A stretch of 64,000 nt of DNA from Acidimicrobiales bacterium (GTDB lineage Bacteria; Actinomycetota; Acidimicrobiia; Acidimicrobiales; SZUA-35), in assembly GCA_965216655.1 (NCBI GenBank), contig CBDCGP010000016.1:4031-68030 (forward strand). The letters run 5' to 3'. How positions within the stretch are numbered: position 1 is the stretch's first letter; every line of letters begins with the position of its first letter. The notes under the pieces were generated by a model. That model saw nothing but the letters and a program-made list of their open reading frames with translations, did no database searches and was not told the origin of the DNA. The translations under genes were made by a program, and so were the position numbers. Below, in pieces: positions 38,031-46,887 of this stretch.

Positions 38031-39320
38031 TTGACTACGTTCAGTCTTCGTCGCAGGCTAGGGCGCCTGATCGCAACGGAACTCGGATCTGATCGGGGCC
38101 GACGTGGTTCGGTTCGGGCCTGGAGAGCGGCAGGGTCGACAGCTCTATTTATCGCCATTTTCGTCAGTGTTGCCGTTGGGACGGTGTCGGCGGAATCGTC
38201 TGCCGAGAAGATCGCTATTCGCTCATCTGGTGGTTCGTTTCCCGGAGGCGGCGTCGACAGCCAGGACGCTGCATTCTTGGCCGGCACCTTCTACGTGTGG
38301 GCTTATGGTGACAGCGGCTCTGAGCGTCGTCTTTTCGCCGTCAGCGGGCAGAGCGTCTCCGAGATCGGTCCGGAGTACGAGTTCTCTGGTGGTAATCGAG
38401 CCGTCGAGTACAACGGCCGGATCTTGTTCCAGGCTTACGCGCCCGGTGTCGGAGTGAATGAACGACATCTGTGGGAATTCCACAGCGGAGCGATCCGGTC
38501 GCTTGGTGCAACCGGCCCGGGCGGCATGGGTGGCGCAATCGAGGTCGGCGATGACCTCTTCTTGGGCAACTATTACGGTCTGCGCCGTTTCGACGGGCAG
38601 TCAGTGCAGACGATTTCGACTGACCATGTTCGTGACACCGAGATGACCCTGGCGCCCGATGGTGAGACGCTCATCGTCCCGACCGACACAGGACTGTATG
38701 CCTTTGACGGGTTCGCACTGCAGAGTATCTACAGCGGGCATCCGCAGTTTCTGACGCGTTCGGGAGATCACCTGTTTTTTCACGAAGACGGTTGGTTGCG
38801 CGCGATGGACTGGGATACGAGATCGGTCACGAGTGTGCAAATCGGCAACACGAACAAGATGGCGGTTGCCGGCGGCGGGGTCTATCTGCGTGGAGACGCG
38901 GGGCCGCTGTTCTGCACTGCAGGGGCTTGTGCAATTGTCTCCGGGCCGTCGACGGGGGCTCCGAGCTTTTTTACCGAGGCCGGTGGTTTCGTCTACTTCC
39001 GGCAGGCCGACGCGTCTGGCAACGACCAGCTCTGGGCGGTCTCGCTTTGGCGGCGGCGTCGCAGCGACCCAACTTGCGATCTCTTCCACTGGCGCTTCGA
39101 ACCCGATGCCGCCCTCAAGTCCTTCGGTGGACGCCTCTATCTGAGACGAACGCAGATGATGGTGGCGGGACTGCGCTTTGGACCGTCAGCGGACTGGATG
39201 CGACGAAGCTCGCAGACACCAACGCAGCGGGAAGCGATGACCCAAACCCACTCGGCGCCAACTTCGAGTCCCTCTACTTCTCCGCTAGCGATGGCACGGT
39301 ACGCGAGTTGTATCGCGTTC
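38031..39320 (+). pseudogene. secreted beta-propeller-like repeat protein (LW/LY-x-x-x-G, ELWxxDGT-repeat-like), multiply frameshifted and 3'-truncated by an IS remnant
   Basis: TTG 38031 follows AAGGGGGA. Signal peptide STALFIAIFVSVAVGTVSA. The repeat logic requires frame changes near 39040-39145 (QLWAVS / GGGVAATQLAISSTGASNP / AALKSFGGRLYL / ETNADDGGGTALWTVSG...SLYFSASDGTVRELYRV). Confidence 0.5.
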
Positions 39321-39321
39321 C

Positions 39322-39990
39322 CGATGGTCAAGGGCCCGAACTCGTCGAACGCGAACGTGCGGTCTCTGGCGTGTTCCAGGCACCACTCGATCCGAGCCAG
39401 CTTCTGTTCTTTCAACGGATCCGGCGACTCTTTCCAGGTCTTGGTCCGCTGGAACGTGATCCCCTCAGCAGCCAGGATCTGACGGAGACGTTCACGACCG
39501 ATCCGCACCCGGCCACCGGGCTTGGTGGCCAGATAGTCGACCAATTTCCGGATCGACCAGCAAGTGAATGGGCGCCCCAGCTTCTCGGGGCGAGTCTTGG
39601 CCGTCTTGACGATCAACTCGCGGTCAGTCGTCGTGATCAGGCGGGGACGGCCACCCGCCCACTGAGGGTCCAGCGATCGCATCCCCAAATCGTTGAACCG
39701 GTGGATCATCTCCCGGACCCGATCGGGTGAGGTCTGCACCAACCGGGCGATCACCGCCACATCGTTCCCACCGGCCGAGGCCAGCACCACCATTGCTCGC
39801 CGCCAGCGCACCGACCGGTCGGACTTACCGCCCCGCCGCACGATCGCCTGTAACTCGCGGCCTTCCGCGTCGTTCAATCGACGCACACGCACACGTTCTG
39901 CCATCCCCCTCAAAACAGACCCAGAACACCAAACGGTGGACGCGACCCACCAACCATCATGGGGGCTGGCACTCTTTCTGAGATTGTACA
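39322..39990 (-). mobile_element. IS630-family element remnant (N-terminal ~195 aa of transposase only)
   Basis: MAERVRVRRLNDAEGRELQAIVRRG... HTH region runs through ...RTFAFDEFGPL (first DDE Asp) and then loses the transposase frame. Start at 39904. The ends are not resolved. Confidence 0.7.
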
Positions 39991-40616
39991 TCTCCGATGT
40001 GCAGTACTCGATTGATGCGGGTCCGACGCAGTCGATGTCTGTGTCAGGAGCGACGGCGACGGCTACGGTCGGGGCTGATCTGTCGCCAGGGGTCTATCAA
40101 GTTGATGTCCGTACCAGGGATCTTTCGGGCGTGGTGTCCGACCCGACCAGAGTCATCCTCGTGGTCTATGACGCGTCCAGCGGGTTCGTGACCGGTGGTG
40201 GGTGGATCACGCCATCTGGTGCTAGCTCTGATGCCGGTGATGAGCTTCCGGGATTGGATGGGACGTCGAAGGCGAACTTCGGGTTCAACGTGAAGTATCA
40301 GAACGGTCAGGCGACGGTTCCTAGTGGTCACTTGTTGTTCCAGTATCAGGTCGCAGATTTCCGGTTGAGGTCAGCGGATTTCGAGTGGCTGGTGGTCACG
40401 AACACGAACTGGGCAAAGTTTCGCGGAGTTGCAGAGATCGACGGCATGGAGGGTCTGTTCCCGTTTACAGTTGACGCCCGCGACGGCAGCCAGGGCCAGC
40501 CCGATCGGTTCATCATCAAAATCTGGGCTCCCGGTGACAACCCGGATGTGAATGGGATCTTGTACAAAGCATCGGGTGATCTCGAGGGTGGCAACATCAA
40601 GATTCACGCCACCTAA
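39990..40616 (+). pseudogene. 5'-truncated C-terminal fragment of a secreted protein
   Basis: Open frame ...VQYSIDAGPTQSMSV...FVTGGGWITPSGASS...FIIKIWAPGDNPDVNGILYKASGDLEGGNIKIHAT. It has no plausible start or signal peptide and abuts the IS remnant. Confidence 0.45.
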
Positions 40617-40946
40617 GCCTCACCTAAGCCCGAACTCCAGGCGCCGCCATTCTGGCGCAGCATCCAGGTGCTGAGCTGGATTGCGGTTGTTCGGTGAGCC
40701 CTGAGATCGGTCCGGTACTGTGCGGTCTCAATTGCTGCGCCATGCTGGTGCAGGGGGAAGGAATGATCACGGCGTCACGACGCCGACGTTCGGCGGAGCG
40801 GATCATCCCTAAACTCGCTTAGGGCCAGAAACTCCTCGCCTCGCAGTGGTCCCCACCGCTTCGAGCGTTCGCTCCGCGCCCGGTCGAGTCTAACGGCAGT
40901 CTAACGAGCCCAGAGTTAGGCACCCACTTTGGCACCCGGCGGGGCC

Positions 40947-41040
40947 GACGAAGGCCGCTGACAGGGTGTTGTCCCTGGTCAGCGGCCTGTGGAGTGGTAC
41001 GCCCCCTGGGACTTGAACCCAGAACCTGCGGATTAAGAGT
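40947..41040. repeat. proximal direct repeat of island (terminator hairpin + 3' part of intact tRNA-Lys)
   Basis: Aligns with 31133..31226 (see that entry). Confidence 0.8.
40953..40987 (-). terminator. hairpin immediately 3' of tRNA-Lys
   Basis: GGCCGCTGAC-AGGG-tgttgt-CCCT-g-GTCAGCGGCC. The U-tract is weak. Confidence 0.45.
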
Positions 41041-41070
41041 CCGATGCTCTGCCAATTGAGCTAGAGGCGC
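40995..41070 (-). tRNA. tRNA-Lys (anticodon CTT), CCA encoded
   Basis: The reverse complement GCGCCTCTAGCTCAATTGGCAGAGCATCGGACTCTTAATCCGCAGGTTCTGGGTTCAAGTCCCAGGGGGCGTACCA folds as a cloverleaf by hand. Confidence 0.9.
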
Positions 41071-41121
41071 TTGTAGTACGACGGCCCGATCGAGGCTGAC
41101 CCCGGTCGGCGGCGTTCGCAT

Positions 41122-41198
41122 TGGGTGACCGAGGGGATTCGAACCCCCGACATCCAGGATCACAACCTGGCGCTCTAACCAACTGAGCTACGGCCACC
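41122..41198 (-). tRNA. tRNA-His (anticodon GTG) with genomically encoded G-1
   Basis: The reverse complement is G-GTGGCCGTAGCTCAGTTGGTTAGAGCGCCAGGTTGTGATCCTGGATGTCGGGGGTTCGAATCCCCTCGGTCACC. The extra 5' G opposes C73. CCA is not fully encoded. Confidence 0.85.
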
Positions 41199-41343
41199 AT
41201 GTCATGCAGTGAAGCCCTGCAATGCTAGCCCCAAATCGCACGATCGACGATGGGTTATCGCCAACTTCAGCCTAGCTTCGACCGCCGTCTCGCTGGGCTG
41301 AATTCGCCGGTCGCCGTGATGGCCGAGACGGTAGGCTGTCTCT

Positions 41344-41417
41344 GCCCCCGTAGCTCAGCTGGACAGAGCGCGTCACTTCTAATGACTAGGTCGCAGGTTC
41401 GAATCCTGTCGGGGGTG
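41344..41417 (+). tRNA. tRNA-Arg (anticodon TCT)
   Basis: GCCCCCGTAGCTCAGCTGGACAGAGCGCGTCACTTCTAATGACTAGGTCGCAGGTTCGAATCCTGTCGGGGGTG folds as a cloverleaf by hand. Confidence 0.9.
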
Positions 41418-41767
41418 CCGACCTTGTGGGTTTGCGCGGTTTCGGGTGGTCAGCGCGCACAACTGCGCAAACCTTGTCGGTGTGTCGTTGATGCGCCCGT
41501 TTAGGCCATTTGTGACCGATGCCACACACTCGGCGACACGGTCGGAAATCGCCATGATTTCGGCGCTCTCGAGCAATTCCCGCAACAACTAACTACAATC
41601 ATGTAATTCCCCCAACGTGACTCTCGTCACTCGGAGGTGTGTTACGTGTCCGTAACGTGGTTAGCGTTCCCAGCTGGCAGACAAGGCAATGGCGCGCGAT
41701 TCGAACGGCGCCCAAACGTATCGTTTGTTAGTCCCGACGGCGGGTCGGGCAAGGAGTCAACACCGAC

Positions 41768-42724
41768 ATGGTAGGAAACTCGCATTCACCCTCTCCTTCT
41801 TCGCGTGCCCGTGAAGCGCTCGAGGATGTGGGAGCCCGAATCCAGGACATGTGGGATCACCGGACGTCGATTCGCCCTGAGACGGTGCGCCGAGCCGGCG
41901 TGCTGGCGGTCATCGCCGCGGCGGCGGCAGCCCTGCTGATACTTCCCCAGCCCGATGACGACCCGGCGGTTGAGGCCTACGCCCTGCAGGCGCTGGCCGA
42001 TCCGAGTTCGGACGGCCGATCCCAGGCGGTCACCGAGCCGACCTTCGAGGTGGCCGATCAGACGGTCGAAACCAATCAGCTCGAAAGCTGGACGGCCGAC
42101 AACGAAGCGCTGGCGGCATTCGAACTCTCGATGTTCCGCCAACGGGCCGCCACCACGGTCGCACCGACCACAACCGAGGCGCCGACGACGACGGCTCCGC
42201 CCACCACGGCTGCACCGGTGACGACGACAACGGCCGCCCCGACGACCGAGTCGGACGCGGAGACGACCGAGGCATCTCAACCCGAGACGTCGGCCGATGA
42301 GGAAACCACTGCTTCGTCCACCGACGACTCGTCCACCGACACCTCCGAGACGACCGGAAGCACCGACTCGGACGGCACGAAGACAACCGACACCACGGTC
42401 GAGGAAACAACCACGACGGCGGTGCCCACGACGGCCGACAACGGTTTCGTCGATGCGGGCCACGGCGTCTACGTGCCTCCGATCCTGCTCGAGATCCGCT
42501 ACTGCGAATCGAGGGACAACTACCAGGCGGCGAATCCCTCCTCCTCGGCCCGAGGCGCGTATCAGTTCCTCACCGGTAGCTGGGAGGCCTATGGGCACGC
42601 GGCGCGTTACGGCGTCTCACAGGCGCACCTCGCCACCAACGCCCAGCAGGACGAGGCGGCACTCATCACCTGGCAGCGCGACGGCACCCGGCCCTGGAAC
42701 GCGAGCAAGCACTGCTGGGGCTAG
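41768..42724 (+). CDS. membrane-anchored Thr/Pro/Glu-rich protein with C-terminal transglycosylase-like (Rpf-like) domain
   Basis: TM segment VLAVIAAAAAALLIL, a TTEAPTTTAPPTTAAP linker, and C-terminal YCESRDNYQAANPSSSARGAYQFLTGSWEAYG. Confidence 0.7.
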   Translation: MVGNSHSPSPSSRAREALEDVGARIQDMWDHRTSIRPETVRRAGVLAVIAAAAAALLILPQPDDDPAVEAYALQALADPSSDGRSQAVTEPTFEVADQTVETNQLESWTADNEALAAFELSMFRQRAATTVAPTTTEAPTTTAPPTTAAPVTTTTAAPTTESDAETTEASQPETSADEETTASSTDDSSTDTSETTGSTDSDGTKTTDTTVEETTTTAVPTTADNGFVDAGHGVYVPPILLEIRYCESRDNYQAANPSSSARGAYQFLTGSWEAYGHAARYGVSQAHLATNAQQDEAALITWQRDGTRPWNASKHCWG

Positions 42725-42781
42725 GCGCCTGAACCGATCTCGTTCGTAACCCAGAGAGGGTGCACCTTGCACAGCCCCGGA

Positions 42782-43690
42782 TCACTGATCCGGGGCTGCT
42801 GCGTTTTTGTTGGCGAGGTGACTGGCGACGGCGGTGGCCACGGCTCCGCCCGCCGCGAAGGCCACAACGACCCACAACCACGGGAAGCCATCGTCGTCGT
42901 CCGAGAAGGCAATCTCCTCGGGAGACGGGTTGTCGGCACCGGTCGTTGATTCCGTGGTGGCGATCGACGACGCTGATGACGTTGTGGCATCGGCAGCGGT
43001 TTCGGCGGAACTCGATGCCAAGGAGCTGCTGGACGCCGTTGATGCGGGTGCGGTCGACGACGGTGCGGTCGACGTCGTCGTGCTGGCCGTTGTCGGCGGC
43101 GGCGTGGTCGGGGCCGCGGTAGTCGGCGGGGCCGTTGTCGGTGGTGCCGTGGTCGGGGCTTGGGTGGTGGGTGGCACCGTTGTCGTGTAGTGCGCCGTGT
43201 CCTCGTGGACGAAGGTTGCACTCACGTCGAAATCGAAGGCCTTGACCCGGCCGACGTTGGCGCTGGTGATACCCGGTCCGCCGGCCACGACCGAGGCCAC
43301 GCAGAAGAAGGACTCGCCCTTCGACAACGGCCCCGGATGCCCGTTGGTCCCGTCGGGCTGCCCGTCTCCGTCGACGTCACAGTTGGGGTTTCCACCGCCG
43401 GATTCATTGGTGACGATGAAGTCGTAGAGCGGGTCGGCGGAGGCCACGGTGACGATGTAGCGAAGCTGAACCGTCGAACCGCTCGGGACGGACGGCCCCG
43501 GAGCGGAGTCGGCCGGCTCGCCGTTGGCCGTGGTCTCGATGAACAGCTCGCCGTCGGCGGCCGCCGGGGCCACACCGATGACACCCACCGTCACCGCGGC
43601 GACGAATGTGCCGACGGCGACGAGGCCGAATGCGGAATTGCTGATGGTCGAGCCGAGCGTTGACGCGGCCCGTACCGCCCGATATCTCAC
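42782..43690 (-). CDS. secreted surface protein with PT-rich linker and C-terminal membrane anchor
   Basis: Signal/TM segment AFGLVAVGTFVAAVTVGVIGVAPAAA, PPTTQAPTTAPPTTAPPTT repeats, and C-terminal WLWVVVAFAAGGAVATAVA. Confidence 0.55.
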   Translation of the reverse strand: MRYRAVRAASTLGSTISNSAFGLVAVGTFVAAVTVGVIGVAPAAADGELFIETTANGEPADSAPGPSVPSGSTVQLRYIVTVASADPLYDFIVTNESGGGNPNCDVDGDGQPDGTNGHPGPLSKGESFFCVASVVAGGPGITSANVGRVKAFDFDVSATFVHEDTAHYTTTVPPTTQAPTTAPPTTAPPTTAAPTTPPPTTASTTTSTAPSSTAPASTASSSSLASSSAETAADATTSSASSIATTESTTGADNPSPEEIAFSDDDDGFPWLWVVVAFAAGGAVATAVASHLANKNAAAPDQ

Positions 43691-43859
43691 CTGCCCGATT
43701 CCTCCTACGAACCCTAGACGTGGAGGTCGCCCGCTTCGGGATCGGAGTCGGAGTGTCTCCGGCTCACTCGAAGGCGGTTCGACCTGTTCGTTTCAGGTCG
43801 GCCGCTTCGTTCGCGAGTTGAGAGATCCGCGGGTTGAGAGGAGGCGTGGGTGGGGCCGG

Positions 43860-45158
43860 CTACAGATCGAGCGGGAAGGAACTGAGGCGCTCCGATCCCG
43901 TCTCGGTGATCAGGTACTGCTCCTCGAGCTTGACGCCTTCGGCCTCGCCGGCCCGGTCACCGACGTAGGCCTCGGTCGTCAGCACCATGCCCGCTTCGAG
44001 CGTGCCGTCGAAGCCGATCTCGTCCCAGTGTTCGGGAAACACGATGTCGGGGAATTCGTCGCACTGGCCGACGCCGTGGAAGAGGACGCAATAGTGACGG
44101 TAGTCGTCGAGCGGCGGGGTCCAGGCCTTGTCGGTGAGTTCGCGGAACGATCGGCCGGGGCCCAGCAGTTCCGAGTTGCGGTCGATCTGCTCCCGGGCGA
44201 GGTGGTAGGTGTTGAGCTGTGTCGGCGTCGGACGGCGGTCGCCGGCGATCCAGGTTCGCGAGATGTCGACCATCATCCCGTAGGCTCCCACGAGATCGGT
44301 GTCATATCCGACGAGGTCGCCGTCGGTGATCACCCGGCTGGAGGCCTCCTGCATCCACGGGTTCGTGCGAGGGCCCGACGCCAGGATCTGGGTTTCGATC
44401 CATTCGCCCGCCCGGCGAATGTTCCCCTCGTGCAGCATCGCCCACAATTCGCGCTCGGTCATCCCCGGCTCGAGCGCGGCCCGCATCTCGGCCATTGTCG
44501 TCTCGCAGGCGTGCATGGCGCAGCGCATGGCGGCGATCTCGTCGGGCCCCTTGATGGCCCGGGCCAGCTCCATGACCTCTTGGCCGGAGCCGATCGTGAC
44601 GCCGCCCTCCTCCAGATACCGGTAGCAGAGGTACTGGCACTGATCGATGGCGATCCTCGGGCGGGGGCCGCAATGGGTGGCGATCACATCGAGCATCTCC
44701 GACGACCAGCGCCGCGCTTGTTCCTCGTAGCGCGGGCCGGCGAGGAAGTAGGTGGTGCCAATGGCCGGTCGGACCTCGGTGACGATCGGATTGTGACCGG
44801 CCATGAAATCACACTCGTAGAACTCCCACACGATGACCGACCCATCGACGCCTACCCACGCGTAACGGGACGCGTTGTGCATCACCCACACTTGCATATT
44901 GGTGGTGTCGGTGGTGTAACGGATGTTCATCGGGTCCATGAGGATGGCACCGTCGTAGCCGAGCCTCTCGAGTTGCGATCGAACCCGCTCGATCCGGTAG
45001 CGGCGCATCGAATCGAGATCGGGCAACGTCAGCCCGGCCGCCGTCCACTCCGCCTCGAGCTGCTTGCCGGGACCCATCCGGATGTGATGGGTCTCGTGAC
45101 CGGCCCGAACGAAATGGCGTCCTTTCTCGGCCAAACTACGAGCGATCTTGTCGCCCAT
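43860..45158 (-). CDS. M24 family metallopeptidase-fold enzyme, DddP-like (possible DMSP lyase)
   Basis: LTLPDLDSMRRYRIERVRSQLERLGYDGAILMDPMNIRYTTDTTNMQVW. The GYDTDLVGAYGMMVD (D-x-D...D), HGVG and E...E ligand pattern is as I recall for DddP. Confidence 0.75.
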   Translation of the reverse strand: MGDKIARSLAEKGRHFVRAGHETHHIRMGPGKQLEAEWTAAGLTLPDLDSMRRYRIERVRSQLERLGYDGAILMDPMNIRYTTDTTNMQVWVMHNASRYAWVGVDGSVIVWEFYECDFMAGHNPIVTEVRPAIGTTYFLAGPRYEEQARRWSSEMLDVIATHCGPRPRIAIDQCQYLCYRYLEEGGVTIGSGQEVMELARAIKGPDEIAAMRCAMHACETTMAEMRAALEPGMTERELWAMLHEGNIRRAGEWIETQILASGPRTNPWMQEASSRVITDGDLVGYDTDLVGAYGMMVDISRTWIAGDRRPTPTQLNTYHLAREQIDRNSELLGPGRSFRELTDKAWTPPLDDYRHYCVLFHGVGQCDEFPDIVFPEHWDEIGFDGTLEAGMVLTTEAYVGDRAGEAEGVKLEEQYLITETGSERLSSFPLDL

Positions 45159-45283
45159 CGGCTCACCTCATCGTCTCGAATTTCGGAGTGTCCGGCCGCT
45201 GTCAGTCGAAGGCGTCGGCCGCTGGATCTGAGCAAGTATGGCCCATATCGGTTCGGGGGGAAAGGCCTCTGTATCATCTCGTG

Positions 45284-46120
45284 ATGGAACTGGTGACGGT
45301 GCGACGCAACGGCGGATTTCAGAGCGGGCGGATCGAGGGTGACGACATCGTGCTGCTGCCCTGGCCCACCGTGAAGGAGCTGCTGGCCGATGACGGCTTG
45401 GAGGAGGCGGCGGCATCGGACGACGGCGATGTGATCGCCCGGGCGACGGCCGAGCTGGCCCCGATCGTGCCCCGGCCCGACAAGATCATCTGCGTCGGCG
45501 TCAACTACGCCGATCACATTGCCGAGCTCGGTCGGACCGCACCGGACTTCCCGACGTACTTTGCCAAGTACCACCGGGCCCTCATCGGGGCGAACGACGA
45601 CATCGTTTTGCCGCCGGCCGAGGCGTCGACGTCGATCGACTGGGAGTGTGAGCTGGCGCTGGTGATCGGACAGCCGGTCCGAAACGCATCACCGGCCGAG
45701 GCGCTGCATGCCATCGCCGGCTACTGCGCGCTCAACGACGTCTCCGTGCGTGACTGGCAGAGGCGGACGACGCAGTTCGTTGCCGGCAAGACGTGGGAGT
45801 CGACCACGCCGGTCGGTCCGGTGCTGGCCACCGACGAGGACCTGGGTGACGGTCGGGGTCTCGGTCTGTCGACCACGGTGAACGGGGTGGTGAAGCAGCA
45901 GTCTTCGACCGACCATCTGGTGTTCGGGCCGGTCGAGATCGTGGCCGATCTGAGCCGCATCATGACCCTCGACCCGGGCGATGTCATCGCCACCGGCACA
46001 CCGGGAGGAGTCGGGTTGGCCCGCAATCCGCCCGAATTCCTGACGCCGGGCGACGAGGTCGTGGTCGAGGTGGAGGGGGTTGGCCGCCTGGCCAATCGCT
46101 GCGTGCAGGGCCAGGCCTGA
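45284..46120 (+). CDS. fumarylacetoacetate hydrolase (FAH) family protein
   Basis: PDKIICVGVNYADHIAELG...DWECELALVIG...SVRDWQ...KTWE...GDVIATGTPGGVG. Confidence 0.85.
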   Translation: MELVTVRRNGGFQSGRIEGDDIVLLPWPTVKELLADDGLEEAAASDDGDVIARATAELAPIVPRPDKIICVGVNYADHIAELGRTAPDFPTYFAKYHRALIGANDDIVLPPAEASTSIDWECELALVIGQPVRNASPAEALHAIAGYCALNDVSVRDWQRRTTQFVAGKTWESTTPVGPVLATDEDLGDGRGLGLSTTVNGVVKQQSSTDHLVFGPVEIVADLSRIMTLDPGDVIATGTPGGVGLARNPPEFLTPGDEVVVEVEGVGRLANRCVQGQA

Positions 46121-46132
46121 GCGGGAGGGCGA

Positions 46133-46810
46133 TCAGCTTCGTTGGGCGACGAGAATCCGCTCGGCGGTGAATGCGCTGATTCCGACGACCCTGTTGTCGA
46201 CCTCGAGTGTGGTGGTGCCGTCGGGTGAGATGGCAAGCACCTTCGCCGTGGTTCCCGGCAGCACTTGGTTGTCCTCCAGGAACTCCAGGAGCCCGGGTGT
46301 GAACTCGAGCTCCTCGGGGATCCGGGTGATGACCATGTCGGCGTCGCGGGCGGCGTCGACGAGCGGGATGAGTTCGGGTTCGACGTAGTCGGATCCGGGG
46401 ATCGGATTGCCGTGGGGGCAGGTCGTCGGATCGCCCAGCTGTTCGACGATGGCGGCCTCGACCCGGGGGCTGATCACGTGCTCCCACTTGCCCGCCTCGT
46501 GGTGAGCTTCGGCCCACGACAGGTTGAGGACATCGGTGAGAAATCGCTCGGCCAGCCGGTGCCGGCGGACCATGGTCTGGGCCAGGATCTGCCCGTCTTC
46601 GGTCAGCTCGATGACGCCGTTCTCCGTGGTGGCGACGAGACCTTCGTCGGACATGCGCCGCACCATCTCCGACACGGCGGGCCGGGAAACGTCCAATCGT
46701 TCGGCGATCCGGGCCTGGATGACCTGCAGGCCGTCCTCGTCGAGTTCGAAGATGGTCTCGCAGTACTCCTCGAAAGCAGGGTGATGCTCAGGCGAGACGT
46801 ACTCAGTCAT
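46133..46810 (-). CDS. DtxR/IdeR family metal-dependent transcriptional regulator with C-terminal SH3-like/FeoA domain
   Basis: IQARIAERLDVSRPAVSEMVRRMSDEGLV...RRHRLAERFL...AHHEAGKWEHV...CPHGNPIP. Confidence 0.9.
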   Translation of the reverse strand: MTEYVSPEHHPAFEEYCETIFELDEDGLQVIQARIAERLDVSRPAVSEMVRRMSDEGLVATTENGVIELTEDGQILAQTMVRRHRLAERFLTDVLNLSWAEAHHEAGKWEHVISPRVEAAIVEQLGDPTTCPHGNPIPGSDYVEPELIPLVDAARDADMVITRIPEELEFTPGLLEFLEDNQVLPGTTAKVLAISPDGTTTLEVDNRVVGISAFTAERILVAQRS

Positions 46811-46887
46811 GTGTCAACTATATCCCGGAAGCCTTGCCTCAATCATGGTGGAAGGCTGACTTAACACCAGTGCCGCCATCGGGCCGC

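Noticed and set aside
31227-40946. Tyrosine or serine integrase, or excisionase, expected inside the tRNA-Lys island.
   Set aside because: No ORF in any frame shows integrase motifs. The only mobility gene is the truncated IS630 transposase. A 26-aa MAKKPLDRGDKVV... fragment near 34000 (-) is too short to call.
41379-41588. 69-aa minus-strand ORF next to and overlapping tRNA-Arg, as a possible integrase remnant.
   Set aside because: Its C-terminal part is simply the antisense of the tRNA. The rest has no integrase-like motifs.
41418-41767. ydaO-type (c-di-AMP) riboswitch upstream of the Rpf-like gene.
   Set aside because: I looked for the conserved blocks as I remember them (GGGGUGAAUC, CCGAACCCG.CAGCUAACC) and found none. 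Only generic hairpins are present.
46835-46862. IdeR/DtxR box upstream of the DtxR-family gene (aggctgacttaa resembles the AGGCTAACCTAA half of the iron box).
   Set aside because: Only one half-site matches (about 10 of 12). The other half shows essentially no match, so the dyad is not convincing.
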